A stretch of DNA of 64,000 nt. Source: Phyllobates terribilis. Lineage: Eukaryota. The notes beneath the pieces are model-generated. The model saw only the letters and a program-made list of their open reading frames with translations, was not told the origin of the DNA and did not search any database. Numbering within the stretch: the stretch's first letter is position 1; every line of letters begins with the position of its first letter. Below are positions 49,740-64,000 of the stretch, one piece after another. Location: contig NW_027362764.1 of assembly GCF_046119375.1 (NCBI RefSeq), forward strand, positions 804,574,001-804,638,000, in the 5' to 3' direction. Made by a program: the position numbers and the translations under genes.

Positions 49740-52445
49740 GCAGACTTGCAACTATCCCCGTGCAAGTCCTTGTCCCAAGGTAATGTTCAATTGTGCCTCC
49801 CCCATTCCTTGCAATGCAAGCGCAAATATGCAGCCAACTACCCACCCACCCCCAGGCTGCAATACCATACTGCTAGCTTGCACTTGAAATTGGACCTTTT
49901 AGGCATGTGGAGGCGGAATCTGGCCACCATGTCATGGCTGCGTTGGCGGCCTGGTATCCATACTCAGTCCCCAGACGCCCGGCGGTCGGGTGTCCACACT
50001 CGGTCCCCAGCCTCCAGGGGGGCGGCCGGGTGTCAATACTCGGTCCCCAGCCGCCCCGCGGCCCGGTGTCCACTGCTTTAGGGCAGCATTGGACGAGCCC
50101 ACCAGAGAACCAGACTCCTCCGGTGGGCCCTGGCTTCTCCATCAGGGGAGTTGAGAGTGCCAAGGTGAGGAGCATGATGATGATGATAGAAGTTAGCATC
50201 TGCTTTGTTTTCTTTTAATGCAAGTGTAAGTGTGCAGCCTGCCACCCACCCACCCCCAGGCTGCAATACCATACTGCTAGCTTGCACTTGAAATGGGGCC
50301 TTTTAGTTTGGAGGAGGCCGAAGCTGGCCACTACCTCATGGCTGCATCGGCAGTGAGGAATCCATACTCAGTCCCCAGCCGCCCCTATTTGTCCCGATGT
50401 GCCTTATACATAAGATTAAGCGCGCATACCAAAACTTTACCTATGCCCTCCCAAGTGCATTTAGTGGGAAGGACAGCCTATTCCGCTGTAGTGTGTGCAT
50501 GCCAAACCCCTGTTCATGGTACATGCGAAGATGCCTCCGATCCTGCACCTGTCGTTGCAGACTTGCAACTATCCCCGTTCAAGTCCTTGTCTCAGGGCAG
50601 TGTTCAATTGTACCTCTCCCATTCCTTGCAATGCAAGCGCAAGTATGCAGCCTGCCAACCACCAACCCCCAGGCTGCAATACCATACTGTTTGCTTGCAC
50701 TTGAAATTGGGCCTTTTAGGCATGTGGAGGCAGAATCTGGCCACCACGTCATGGCTGCTTTGGCGGCCTGGTATCCATACTCAGTCCCCAGACGCCCCGC
50801 GGCCGGGTGCCCACACTCGGTACCCAGCCGCCAGGGGGCGGCCGGGTGTCCATACTTGGTCCCCAGCAGCCCCGCGGCCAGGGGTCCACACACGGTCCCC
50901 AGCCACCTGGGGGCAGCCGGGTGTCCATAAACGGTCCCCAGCCGCCCCTATTTCTCCTGTCAACTTCCCCCCACACACTTTTCTTAGCCCGGCCTGCTTT
51001 AGGGCAGCATTGGACGAGCCCACCAGAGAACCAGACTCCTCCGGTGGGCCCTGGCTTCTCCATCAGGGGAGTTGAGAGTGCCAAGGTGAGGAGCATGATG
51101 ATGATGATAGAAGTTAGCATCTGCTTTGTTTTCTTGGAATGCAAGCGCATGTATGTAGTAGTGGCTAGGCCTGAGGTGGTCAGCGTTTTGGCGCATATCC
51201 TACCTCCTCCGAGGATTGCTGGATGTTTTCCTGCTACTATCCCAGTTCTATGACTCCCGTTAAAACAAAGCTTCAGGTGATGAATGATGGATGAGGTGGT
51301 GGCAAAGGAGAAAGAGCAGGAGGAACAGGGACCATTCACATCAATATCAGGCCAGTCAACCACAAATGTCTAGTAGGATATGTTTCTGTAACAAAACGAG
51401 CTGTTCGGCTACACAGTTATAGGGCATGCAGTGAGTGCAATGCCTACCAAAAATTTTGAGGCACTCCAATGCCCCTTGGAAATGACATGGAGGTCAGAGG
51501 ACCTTAACTAAACCGTTTTTTCCATTTATAGCAACTGGGTCTCCTGTGCACTGTTGGCCTAAGCAGTGAATGGAAGGCTTTCCAAAAATTATGAGGAACT
51601 GCAATGCCCCTTGAAACAGACGTGGATTACGGCGTACTAAAAACCTTCTACCCATTATTGGGGAGTGGGTCTCCCTTAGCTTTCGCCTTTGCATTGAAAA
51701 GCAAAAGCTGACTAAAATTAGGAGGAAATGCAATACCCATTGGAAGAGTCGTGGAGGTTAGAGGTAATTAAAAACAACATTTCAATGCCCCTTGGAAGAG
51801 CTGTGGAGTTCAGAGTGGTTTTACAAGACAGTCTTAATGCCCCTTGGAAAAGACGTGGAGGTCCCAGTAGCTTAAGAAGACGCTTTTAATGCCCCTTTGA
51901 AGAGACGTGGAGGTCACAGTAGCTTAACAAGAAGGTTTTAATGCCCCTCGGAAAAGTGGTGGAGGTCCCAGTAGCTTAACAAGACGGTTTTAATGCCCCT
52001 TACAAGAGCCATGCAGTACAGCATATTACAAACATTATTCCCATTATTGGGGAGTGGGTCTCCCATAGAATTTGCTTATGCCTTCCAAGCAAAAGTTGGC
52101 AAAAATTAGGAGGAAATGCAATGCCCGTTCAAAGAGTCGTGGAGGTTAGAGTTAATTAAAAACAACATTTCAATGCCCCTTGGAAGAGCTGTGGAGTTCA
52201 GAGTGGTTTAACAAGACGCTTTTAATGCCCCTCAGAAGAGACGTGGAGGTCCCAGTAGCTTAACAAGACGGTTTTAATGCCCCTCGGAAAAGTGGTGGAG
52301 GTCACAGTAGCATAACAAGATGCTTTTAATGCCCCTCGGAAAAGTGGTGGAGGTCGCAGTAGCTTAACAAGACGCTTTTAATGCCCCTTACAAGAGCCAT
52401 ACAGTGCAGCATCTTAAAAATATTATTCCCATTATTGAGGAGTGG
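49740..52445. repeat. hAT-internal repeats: duplicated ~0.5-kb blocks with GC-rich ~29-bp units, and a ~52-bp tandem within a ~390-bp duplication
   Basis: GGTCCCCAGCCGCCCCGCGGCC units at 49960-50070 and 50770-50950; AATGCCCC...GGAGGTC..AGTAGCTTAACAAGA units at 51781-52390. Confidence 0.8.
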
Positions 52446-52678
52446 GTCTCCCACAGTCTTTGCTTATGCCTTCCAAGCAAAAGCTGACAAATATAAGGAC
52501 GGAGGAACTTTCAATAGTGGCAACACGGACCACGGTCACCCTGGTGGTATAGTGGTGGTGGAGGCTGAGGATAAGGAGAAGAACATAAAACAGCCGACAT
52601 GAGGAAGCGTATACCCATGTGTGGGTGTGAAGCGGTGCATGTGAATACACCTCCCGAAATAACACAGTGGATTTGACT

Positions 52679-55600
52679 TTATGTTACTCTGCTGTCTTTT
52701 GGTGGTGATGAGAAGTCTGGCCCAATCCAGCCCTTGTTCATTTTGATAAGGGTCAGCTTGTCAACATTGTCAGTTGACAGGCGAGTGTGCTTATCAGTTA
52801 TAATTCCCCCAGCGGCACTAAAAACACACTCCGATAACACGCTGGCGGCAGGGCAGGCCAGGACCTCCAATGCGTACAGAGCGAGTTCATTCCAAGTGTC
52901 CAGCTTGGATACCCAATAATTAAAAGGCACAGAGGAATCACGGAGGATGCTGGTACGGTCGGCAAGGTACTCCCTCACCATCTTTGGAAACTTTCCACTC
53001 CTTGTGAGAGTACCCCGCGCCTCAGGGCCTGTAAGCTGGGCGGGTCTCAGAAAACTGTCCTAGAACGTTGACAGTGTTCCCCTGCCTTTGCTGGATTGGA
53101 GTTGCGTCTCTCTCGCTTGTACGCCTTGGTTGGTCAATGAACTGTGACCTCTGCCGCTAGCGTGTTCAGATGGGAATTTTTTTAACAGTTCTGCAGCAAG
53201 GGCCTTCTGGTACTGCCCCATTTTTGTAGACCTCTCCACCTCAGGAATAAGAGAGAGAAAGTTGTCCTTGTAGCGGGGGACTAAAAGTGTCACCAACCAG
53301 TAATGACTGTCACCCAACATTTTGACAACGCGAGGGTCACGGTTAAGGCAGCGTAACATAAAGTCAGCCATGCGTGCCAGACTGGTAACGGGCAAGACTT
53401 CCGTGTCCTCACCAAGATGACGACTGACCATGCTCTCCTCCTCCTCCTCATCCTCACCCCTGTCCTCAGGCCACCAACGCTGAACCGACGGTATGACAGT
53501 TGTACAGGTACTACCGTCTACAGCGCATGATACAAGCTCCTGTTCTTCCTCCTCCTCCTCCTCCTCCTCTCCCCCATTGTCCCCCGTTGGGATGAGATGA
53601 GGCTGGGCTGTGTGTAATCGCCCATTACGGCTTCTTGATCCATCTCATCATACTCTGGCTGCAATGCCTCCTCTTTAGTTCTCTGCAGAGGGCGTTGCAA
53701 AAGACAGACAAGTGGAATGCTGACGCTAATGATGGCATCATCGCCACTCACCATCTTGGTGGACTCCTCAAAGTTTGTCAGGATGGTACATATGTCAGAC
53801 ATCCAGGTCCACTCCTGAGGTCTTATGTGTGGAGTCTGACCTGAATATCGACGACTTTGTTGCAGCTGGTACTCCACAACTGCTCTCTTCTGCTCACAAA
53901 TCCTTTGCAACATGTGGAGGGTAGAGTTCCAACGTGTGGGGACATCACACACCAGTCGGTGTGATGGAAGCTGCAAACGCTGCTGCAACACAGCAAGGGC
54001 GGCGGAAGCTGTAGCCGACTTGCGAAAATGAGCTGATAGGCGGCGTACTTTGACGAGCAGATCTGGAAACTCGGGGTATGATTTAAGAAACCACTGAACC
54101 ATGAGGTTAAGCACATGAGCCAGGCATGGTACGTGTGTGATCTCTCCTCGCCTCCGAGCCGCCACCAGGTTACGGCCATTGTCACACACGACCATGCCTG
54201 GATGTAGGTTTAGCGGTCTCAGCCACAGATCTGCCTGCTCTTTCACAGCTGTCCACAACTCACAAGCAGTGTGAGGTTTCTCACCTAAGCTTAGGAGTTT
54301 CAGCACAGCCTGTTGCCGCTTGGCTGAGGCAGTACTGCAGTGTTTCCAGCTTGTAACTGATGTGGTGATATCTGAGATGGAGGCTGAACATGAGGAGGAG
54401 GAGGATGATGGCAAGGAGCTGTACACTGTGGGGGCAACTCTGACTGACAAAGGGCCCGCAATCCTCGGTGTGGGTAGGATGTGTTCCATCCCAAGGTCCG
54501 ACTGGGTCACGGCTTCCACTATGTTTACCCAGTGTGCCGTCAGGGAGATGTACCGTCCCTGGCCACAAGCACTTGTCCACGTGTCCGTTGTCAGGTGGAC
54601 TCTCCCGGTAACTGCGTTGTTGAGGGCACGGCAGATGTTTTGGGACACGTGCTTGTGTAGTGCAGGGATGGGACATCGGGCAAAATAGTGTCGGCTGGGG
54701 ACCGAGTACCGAGGGACGGCCACCGCCATAAGGTTGCAGAAGGATTCCGTCTCCACCAGCCTAAAAGGCAGCATTTCCAACGCAAGTAGTCGTGAAATGT
54801 GCGAATTTAGGACTGTGGCCTGTGGGGCGTTAGCTGTGAATTTCCGCTTTCGTTCAAAGGTCTGGGATATGGACAATTGAACACTGCGGTGGGACGTGGA
54901 CGTGGACGTTGATGCTGTTTCTTGAGAAACTGCCATAACAAGTGAAGACTGAGAGGAGGGGGCATCTTTGCATGCAGTATGGACAGGGGATTGCCTTGCA
55001 CACACAACAGGGGGTTCTATTGCACGCACAACAGCGGTAGAAGCAGTGGTGACACCCGCTGACACTGGTCGTGGACCCTGGGGTTCGCCCAACAAAGTCG
55101 GGTGCTTTGCTGACATGTGCCTGATCATGCTGGTGGTGGTCAGGCTGGTAGTTTTGTCACCCCTGCTGATGCTGGCATGGTGGTACAAATAGCCTTTTTG
55201 GGGTTATCAGCAGAGTCTTTAAAAAAATTCCAGACTCTGGAAGACCTACCTGTTGTACTGGCAACATCCCTCGTGTTGGTGTTATGGGGAACTGTTGCCC
55301 GCCTTCTGTGTGTGGCCACCACACTGCTTCTTCCTGCCTGTTGGGGTACTCAGCCTCCCTCATCCTGTGTGCTGCTGGCCTCGCTCTGCATGTCCTCCTG
55401 CCACGTTGGGTCAGTTACTAGATCATCCACCACTTCCTCCTCTTCCACTTGCGCACCACGATCCTCTTCCTCACTTCCTGGCAATTGTGTCTCGTCATCG
55501 TCCACCTCTTGTGACAGATTGCCAACGTCGACTTCCTGTGGCCGTGGCTGTTCAAATATTTGGGCATCGCTACATGGGATCTCCTCTTCCACCACTTCAA

Positions 55601-56027
55601 GCGGAGCAGGCGAGGGGCACAAATCTGGAAATGGACCAGTGAACAGCTTTTCAGAGTGTCCAAGTGTGGCATCAGTTGCTGTCTGACGACACTCGGCATG
55701 GTGGGAGGAAGGAGCATCAGGGTGAGGAGGAGTATGCGGTAGAGACTCACGGCTACTAAAAGTTGACCGTGTGGAAGACAGACCGGAGGTGGTGGTGCCC
55801 AAGTAACTGGAAGTATTATCTGCTATCCAATTAATAACCTGTTCACACTGATCAGTTCGCAATACTGGTGTTGTTCTGTGCTTCCCAAGTAATTCAGTCA
55901 AGAAGTGGGAGCGAGAAGATGTGGCTGTTGGTTGTGGCACATTTTCACCTTGACCACGGCCCCGTCCTCTGCACACACCATCACCAGAACGTCCAGTTCC
56001 ACGTCCCTTGCCACGCGCCTTGCCCAT
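52679..56027 (-). pseudogene. hAT transposase, frameshifted
   Basis: BED start SSRVWNFF..KAIC (second Cys lost at about 55190); VHLTTDTWTS; PCLAHVLNL; DVPTRWNSTLHML; C-terminal dimerization domain. Confidence 0.9.
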
Positions 56028-57856
56028 TGTAAAGGAAATAAAATAGCTAATACTCGCACTATCAATGGAAAAAGGGTAATAAAAAGTAGATTAGAGCCGT
56101 GGAAGAGGAAAACCACAGTTCTATTTCTCTGACCTACACCCGACTCTTTTAAACAATCTGAACAATCAGGGAGAAACTATTACTGTTTTTCTTTACGGAA
56201 AAAATACCAAAAGCTGAATAATAGAGATTTTTTACCGTGGAATGGCAAAACCACAGTTATTGTTCACTGTGGTATACCAGAAAATTTTAAATAGATATAT
56301 TTGCGGCTGAAAAGTGAGCAACACACTCAAACTGTTTTTTTTTAGGTAAAACTGGCCCAAAAGTGGATAATACAGAGGTTTGAACCGTGGAACTACAAAA
56401 CCACACTTGTATTTCTCGGGCCTACACCAGACTATTTTCAACAGATATATTTGTGTCTGAACAATCAGGAGACACTACAGTTTTTCTTTACGGCAAAAAA
56501 TGCAAAAAAGCAGGATAATACAGAGATATGACCCGTGGAGCTACAAAACCACACTTGTATTTCTCGGGCCTACACCAGACTATTTTCCTGCTCCCTCCTT
56601 CCTGCTCTCTCCTTCATGTTCCCTCCTTCCTCATGTGCTGAGGAGGAGGATCATTTATTCTCTCATCATCTGTCGCATTTGGTGAATGTTTTCATGTTTG
56701 GTGAACTAAGGAGATTTTAGGAATGTCATCCGGTGTAGTCGCTGGATACAATCCTCCCATCACAGACCTGTTCATCTTTATCTGTGTTCACTGAAATTAT
56801 GTATTAGATTTAGCGGATAGATGCTGTATATATATGTATACCCCCATATAGTGCTGTATATATATGTATACCCCTATATAGTGCGGTATATCCCGACATC
56901 CCAATATAGTGCTGTGTGTATATATTGTGTATATATATAAATATATATCATTTTTATCCAATATATATTTAAAAAATTAAACAAACAGAAATGTTACAAT
57001 GAGCGGGAAATTCTAAATCACTAATTGCTCTGTGACCGACCAATCAGAGAGAAGGAGATGAACGTGTAACCGGTAACATACACGCCCCTGTCCGCGTCAT
57101 CCGTCTCCTCTCTGGTCCGCACAGCCGGGTGCTCATCTGTCCTGTGCTCGGTGACTGCAGGGGATGTTCCGCCCGGTAGGACGATCGGGTGTGTATTTAT
57201 CCCCAGAGCAAACGTCAGGCTCCTGTCACTGAGGAATTAGGAAATCACCGATTATGGAGAACGGCGGCAAGAAATGGTTAACACCGGCGTCTCCTGTGGG
57301 CGGAGCCGTGACCTGATGCTCAATGATTGGCTGAGCCCAGAATTTGAACTTCCCGCTCACTCCTCCCTCGCTTTGTCCTCATCCATGTAACACGCGGCGT
57401 CAGTGCTGCGGATCTCGGGCGATCTGCTTGTGTATAGTGATCAGTGGCCGATCTCACTCCACACAGGGGAGATCAGACCCCAATCTGTACAGGGTCTTAG
57501 GTCTCCAGATCCAGAATTCTCCCCTGATCACAGCGCAGACCCTCACTGTACTTCATGCCTCATTCTGCAGCCAGTGATCCGGTCAGATCCTCAGCCCTCA
57601 CAGCTGCGACATCGGTCACCGATCACTTACACATCCCCCGATCTGCTCATCACCAAGCACTCGCCCCTTCTCTCCCCGGTCACTGATGTGACGGATCCCG
57701 GGAGCTCAGGGTGGGGGCTTCTGTTTCTCTGTCCTGCAGATATTTCCCCTCATTACCGCAATCATCAGAGCACAGGACACAACCCCCGGCCCCGCAGCAG
57801 GAATCACAGCTTCTCCATTGTACATGTGGGGGGTGAGGATGGAGCGGAGAACACAA

Positions 57857-58171
<315 letters not shown>

Positions 58172-58563
58172 TCAAGAAATCTTCCACCGACTGAGAGATC
58201 AGCGCAGAGCCCTTTCCTTTTGTAGAGGTTTTGCGGACCGGAGCGAGAACCGCAGAGATGACGCATTTCCGAGGCGTAATTTGATACAAAATTTGCATTT
58301 GAAGTCCCTCCCATTCTCTCTGATTGGCTGCACACAGAACAGTTGGTGATTTTGAATTTCCCGCTCATTGTGCTGTAATTTTCCCGCTTCTCTCCTCATC
58401 TCGGCGCCGCTGCTGCTCGGAGACTGGAGATCCTGCCTGCTCCAATAATGACAGCGGGAGATCCAGGCTGGAAATAGATTAATCTCTGGGAGATCATCGA
58501 TCAGACGCCTCCACCGGCCTGGAGAGCAAAGGGTGTGTGACATCAGAGGAAAATCAGTGAGAA

Positions 58564-59985
58564 AGTGGGTATAACCCCTGCTATTAGTGCTGGGCACAGT
58601 GGGTATAGTCCCTGCTATTAGTGCTTGGCACAGTGGGTATAATCCCTGCTATTAGTGCTTGGCACAGTGGGTATAATCCCTGCTATTAGTGCTTGGCGCA
58701 GTGGATATAACCCCTGATATTAGTGCTTGGCACAGTGGGTATAATCCCTGCTATTAGTGCTTGGCGCAGTGGGTATAATCCCTGCTATTAGTGCTTGGTA
58801 CAGTGGGTATAATCCCTGCTATTAGTGCTTGGCACCGTGGGTATAATCCCTGCTATTAGTGCTTGGCACAGTGGGCATAATCCCTGCTATTAGTGCTTGG
58901 TACAGTGGGTATAATCCCTATTAGTTCTTGGCACAGTGGGTATAATCCCTGCTATTAGTGCTTGGCACAGTGGGTTTAATCCCTGCTATTAGTGCTTGGC
59001 ACAGTGGATATAATCCCTGATATTAGTGCTTGGCACAGTGGGTATAATCCCTGCTATTAGTGCTTGGCGCAGTGGGTATAATCCCTGCTATTAGTGCTTG
59101 GTACAGTGGGTATAATCCCTGCTATTAGTGCTTGGCACCGTGGGTATAATCCCTGCTATTAGTGCTTGGCACAGTGGGCATAATCCCTGCTATTAGTGCT
59201 TGGTACAGTGGGTATAATCCCTATTAGTTCTTGGCACAGTGGGTATAATCCCTGCTATTAGTGCTTGGCACAGTGGGTATAATCCCTGCTATTAGTGCTT
59301 GGTACAGTGGGTATAATCCCTGCTATTTGTGCTTGGTACAGTGGGTATAATCCCTGCTATTTGTGCTTGGTACAGTGGGTATAATCCCTGCTATTTGTGC
59401 TTGGTACCGTGGGTATAATCCCTATTAGTGCTTGGCACAGTGGGCATAATCCCTGCTATTAGTGCTTGGCACAGTGGGCATAATCCCTGCTATTAGTGCT
59501 TGGCACAGTGGGTATAATCCCTGCTATTAGTGCTTGGTACAGTGGGTATAATCCCTGCTATTAGTGCTTGGCGCAGCAGGTATAACCCCTATTAGTGCTT
59601 GGCACAGTGGGTATAACCCTGCTATTAGTGCTTGGCGCAGTGGGTATAACCCCTGCTATTAGTGCTTGGCGCAGTGGGTATAATCCCTATTAGTGCTCGG
59701 CACAGTGGGTATAACCCCTGCTATTACTGCTTGGCGCAGTGGGTATAATCCCTATTAGTGCTTGGCACAGTGGGTATAACCCCTGCTATTTGTGCTTGGC
59801 GCAGTGGGTATAATCCCTATCAGTGCTTGGCGCAGTGGGTATAATCCCTGCTATTAGTGGTTGGTACAGTGGGTATAATCCCCGCTATTAATGCTTGGCA
59901 CAGTGGGTATAATCCCCGCTATTAATGCTTGGCACAGTGGATATAATCCCTATTAATGCTTGGCACAGTGGGTATAACCCCTGCT
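58564..59985. repeat. 34-bp tandem satellite (31-bp variants), ~42 units
   Basis: CAGTGGGTATAATCCCTGCTATTAGTGCTTGGCA; a 303-bp block is duplicated. Confidence 0.97.
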
Positions 59986-60558
59986 GTTTGTGACTCCTCA
60001 TTCATCACCTCAGTCCTCTGATGAAGCCAGCCTTGGACAAAACATGTCGGGGAGGCTTGGAGTGAACTCTTGATCAGCTGTGATGTTCTTGCAACTGACA
60101 TCTATAATTGTCGTTAGAAAAGCTATCCTAGCTAGTGGACTGCAGACAGCAATCTAGGTAGCAGATATATTCGCTTTAGGAGAGCGATATCCCATAGAGG
60201 AATCCCAAAGAAACGCTACACAGCAATATCACCTGGGTTATTTTAATCCTTGTTAAAAATGAGTGAAGTTTTAATCACATTCTGTCTATAGTCGGGTCTA
60301 TAACTTTTGGGTATGACTTTCTAGTTCTCACACGTTACTCTGTCCTTTTACACTCCTACTATTCTTTCACACTTCCCAATGCTTTCCCCTCACTTCTTCC
60401 CCTGTGTTACCTTCATACACCTCCCCCCATATTGTTTCTCACTTCCACCAATAAAGCCCCCTATGCCTCCCCCTTTCATAAGGTCCTCACTTTTTCCTTC
60501 CCCCCATATCCTCTCCCCCGAGATCAGCGGCGCCGGCTCTTGTGGGGACGGTGTGGGT

Positions 60559-60574
60559 GGCTCTTAGAAGAGCC
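60559..60574 (-). promoter_or_regulatory. Histone 3' stem-loop of H2A, HDE-like ACAAGAGCCG downstream
   Basis: CCAAA-GGCTCT-TCTA-AGAGCC-ACCCA. Confidence 0.93.
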
Positions 60575-60610
60575 TTTGGTTGTGTGGATTGAGGAGATCG
60601 GCTGCAGCGC

Positions 60611-60736
60611 TCACTTGCTTTTCTTGCTGCTCTCGGTCTTCTTGGGCAGCAGCACGGCCTGGATGTTGGGCAGGACGCCCCCCTGGGTGATGGTCACCCC
60701 ACCCATAAGCCTGTTCAGCTCCTCGTCATTGCGAAC
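60611..60736 (-). pseudogene. H2A: Histone H2A 3' fragment (5' two-thirds and promoter lost)
   Basis: [41 protein letters not shown]; joined to mid-LTR sequence. Confidence 0.92.
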
Positions 60737-61569
60737 CTGAAGCTACAATTATCTAAAGAACTAGGAAACACGAAGGTCCCAGCGTCCAGGGATAGTGGTA
60801 GCCAGAAGAAAGTTCTTACCACCAAACATACAGGTTAGGAGAGTGAAAGAGTACAGAAGCTAGGCCAAGTTCCAGGCTGGTCAGAAGCTTCAGATTGAGA
60901 GGAAGAAACGGATCAGGAGACCTTATACCCGCTCTCTGGGGAGAGTCCAGAAGTGCACCCTTCCTATTAAGTACCCTGGACCGTACCTGCCGTCTACACC
61001 AGTAAATGTACTGAAGCGAATCCCCTGTGTGTGTGTCCATCATTCCCCTTGACCTGACCGGACCATCTCTCACCTGCATCCCTTCCATCAACCCTGCCCC
61101 AGGGGCCCGCTCCGCCTGTGGGGAGCAGAAACATCCCAGCTGCAGCAGCGCTGGTAACCATTACCAGAAGCCACAGGTGGCGTCACGAGACAAACTGTTA
61201 ACAAAACCCCTTTTTAAGAGTGACCCCAGAGTACGGGCCCGGGAGCCGACTGCCGTGACATCCTAAACAAGGTAAAAGGCCCGGGTACCGAGTCCCCTAT
61301 ATCCCCCTGGGCGAGACACGGCAAATATAAAAAGTGCCTTTGCATCTTTAAAGCAGGCTTTCTCCTCTGCTCCTGTGCTGCATGATCCAGACATTAATAA
61401 GCAGTTCTATCTGGAGGTGGACGCTTCTTCCTCAGGGGCAGGAGCCATTCTTAACCAGAAGACCTCATACAGCCGCAAGGTGATTTGCAGTTTCTTTTCT
61501 AAGATCCTCTGTGCTCCAGAACGCAATTACTCAACTGGCGATTGGGAACTGCTTGCAATAAACCTGGCA

Positions 61570-63523
61570 CAACAGATAGCTGGCAGGTGCTTCCTGGTAA
61601 TGCAGGCTGGTGAGCACGGCAGGTAACAGGCAGGTGCTTCCAGGTAATGCAGGCTGGTGAGCACGGCAGGTAACGGGCAGGTGCTTCCTGGTAATGCAGG
61701 CTGGTGAGCACGGCAGGTAACAGGCGGGTGCTTCCAGGTAATGCAGGCTGGTGAGCACGGCAGGTAACGGGCAGGTGCTTCCAGGTAATTCAGGCTGGTG
61801 AGCACGGCAGGTAACAGGCGGGTGCTTCCAGGTAATGCAGGCTGGTGAGCACGGCAGGTAACAGGCAGGTGCTTCCAGGTAATGCAGGCTGGCACGGCAG
61901 GTAACAGGCGGGTGCTTCCAGGTAATGCAGGCTGGCACGGCAGGTAAGCAGGTGGGTGCTTCCAGGTAAGCAGGCGGGCAGAGCCCATAGTCAGACTGGC
62001 GGACAGGACTGTAGACAGACTGTCGGGCTGGAGAGTAGTCAGGCTGGCGGACTGGACTGAAGATTAGACTGGCGGACAGGATTGACTTGCAGAGGACCTA
62101 AGGGCTGAAGCAAAGAAAGTATCAAAAAGCAACAACCTTGCACGGGCACCTCCATATTGGAGGAGGTGCCTTCTATAGTGAAAGTCCTCCGGCCATTGGC
62201 CGGGGACTTTTTAGGACGGCACGCGCGGCCCCTTTAAGAGGGAGGGAGCACGCATTCCAAGCACAGAGCCTGGGAAGCTGCGTGCACCAGCAGCAGCTGC
62301 AGGGAGGCCGGAAGATGCCAGAGCAGGACTGCAGCGCTAAGGGGGACGACATCTCAGCCTAGCAGGGGGCAGAGATGCCGATGCTACAGTACCCCTCCCT
62401 TTACACCCCCTCTTTTTCAAGCCAGCAAGAAATTCTTTAAGGAGAAGAGGGGCATGGATGTTCTCCCTGGGTTCCCAAGACTTCTCCTCCGGGCCAAAAT
62501 GTTCTCTACCTCATAGACGTCCTCAGCGGAGACTGGAGCTGGGGAGGTACCTGGATCGTCAGAAAAAGAATTAAGAACAACTGCTTTGAGGAGAGATACG
62601 TGGAAGGAGTTGGGAATCCGTAAGGTGGCCGGGAGTTTGAGTTTGTAAGCCACAGGATTGAATTGCTTGAGAACCTCAAACGGGCCGATGAACCGCGGAC
62701 CCAACTTATACGATGGTATTTTGAGCCGAACATGTTTGGAGGAGAGCCAGACCATGTCTCCCGGACCGAATTGAGGTGGATCCAGACGTCTCTTATCAGC
62801 ATGTCTCTTCATCCGCTCAGAGGACTGAAGAAGTGCGGATCTAGTGTCTTCCCAAATAGTAGAAAATTCGCTGACCAGAGACTCCGCGGCAGGATTGTCC
62901 ACAGAAGCGGAGACGGGAAAAGGAATCCAGGGGTGTTGTCCGTAGACCACAAAGAACAGGGATTTGGAAGAAGACTCACTCTCATGGTTGTTATAGGAGA
63001 ACTAGGCCCATTGTAGGAGCTCAACCCAGTGGTTATGGTGAGTGTTGACGAAATGCTGGAGAAAGCTGGTAAGGACCTGGTTGATACGTTCCACTTGACC
63101 ATTGGACTGAGGATGATAAGCAGAGGAGAAATCCAAGGAGACATCCAGCAGCTTACACGTAGCTCTCCAAAAGCACGCAGTGAACTGGACCCCTCGATCA
63201 GACACAATGTGGAGGGGTGGGCCGTGGAGATGAAAGATGTGATGGATGAAGTCCTTAGCCAGCACAGATGCGGACGGGAGACCAGGCAGAGGGATGAAGT
63301 GGGCCATTTTAGAAAAGCGGTCAGCGACCAACCAAATGACTGTACAACCGGCAGAAACAGGAAGATCAGTAATAAAGTCCATAGCAATGTGTGGCCACGG
63401 AGCGGAAGGTACGGGAAGAGGCAGGAGACGGCCGGCTGGAAGACGTCTGGGAACTTTGTTACGGGCACAAGAGGAACAAGCCGTGACGAAATTCGCAACG
63501 TCCTTGAGTAGAGAAGGCCACCA
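61570..63523 (-). mobile_element. Second copy of the Gypsy integrase + 3' LTR remnant
   Basis: Same motifs as 24258-26114; LTR terminus at 62388; about 8 units of the 47-bp VNTR. Confidence 0.85.
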
Positions 63524-64000
63524 GTATCAGGACGTACAGCAGTATGTGGGGGTATCAAGACGTACAGCAGTATGTGGGGGTATCAGGACGTACAGCACTA
63601 TGTGGGGGTATCAGGACGTACAGCACTATGTGGGGGTATCAGGACGTACAGCACTATGTGGGGGTATCAGGACATACAGCAGTATGTGGGGGTATCAGGA
63701 CGTACAGCAGTATGTGGGGGTATCAGGACGTACAGCAGTATGTGGGGGTATCAGGACGTACAGCAGTATGTGGGGGTATCAGGACGTACAGCAGTATGTG
63801 GGGGTATCAGGACGTACAGCAGTATGTGGGGGTATCAGGACGTACAGCACTATGTGGGGGTATCAGGACGTACAGCACTATGTGGGGGTATCAGGACGTA
63901 CTGCACTATGTGGGGGTATCAGGACGTACAGCACTATGTGGGGGTATCAGGACGTACAGCAGTATGTGGGGGTATCAGGACGTACAGCAGTATGTGGGGG
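63524..64000. repeat. 28-bp satellite, second array (runs off the window end)
   Basis: Same unit as 26115-27057. Confidence 0.97.

Larger units (their letters stand above)
49061..56588 (-). mobile_element. hAT (Ac/ZBED1-like) DNA transposon, one TIR seen, other end apparently truncated
   Basis: TAGTGTTGAGCGAG terminus at 49061; long subterminal repeats; transposase remnant. Right boundary approximate. Confidence 0.82.
60734..64000. repeat. Segmental duplicate of the block starting at 23420 (partial solo LTR, RNase H fragment, inverted Gypsy LTR+IN, 28-bp satellite)
   Basis: Colinear, near-identical sequence starting AACCTGAAGCTACAATT at both positions (offset 37314). Confidence 0.95.

Noticed and set aside
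52679-56027. Active or domesticated ZBED-like transposase
   Set aside because: Frameshift in the BED finger, further breaks near 53500 and 53050, and only one TIR found.

Overview
Eukaryotic, most likely amphibian (frog-like), replication-dependent histone gene cluster heavily invaded by transposable elements and tandem repeats; the species cannot be determined from the sequence. Seven histone genes or fragments lie on the minus strand: H2B (partly N-masked), intact H3, intact H1, a rearranged H3, an H4 with an internal stop, an H4 lacking its stem-loop, and a 3' H2A fragment. Between them are an internally deleted class-I (gamma/epsilon-like) ERV, an L2 LINE 3' end, several Ty3/Gypsy elements (a tRNA-Ser-primed element containing a young Tf1/sushi-type chromovirus, which itself carries a Penelope-like insert with a hammerhead ribozyme), two hAT remnants, MITEs and five kinds of tandem array. 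Most notable: (1) the 48-bp satellite behind H2B (~180 units) and the 36-bp array behind H1 (11 units) look like independent tandem amplifications of each gene's U7-snRNA-binding histone downstream element (HDE); (2) a rearranged H3 in which a 31-nt deletion plus a new ATG exactly 31 nt upstream gives a normal-length H3 ORF with a replaced N-terminal tail lacking K4, K9 and K14. No expression or function can be shown from sequence alone.
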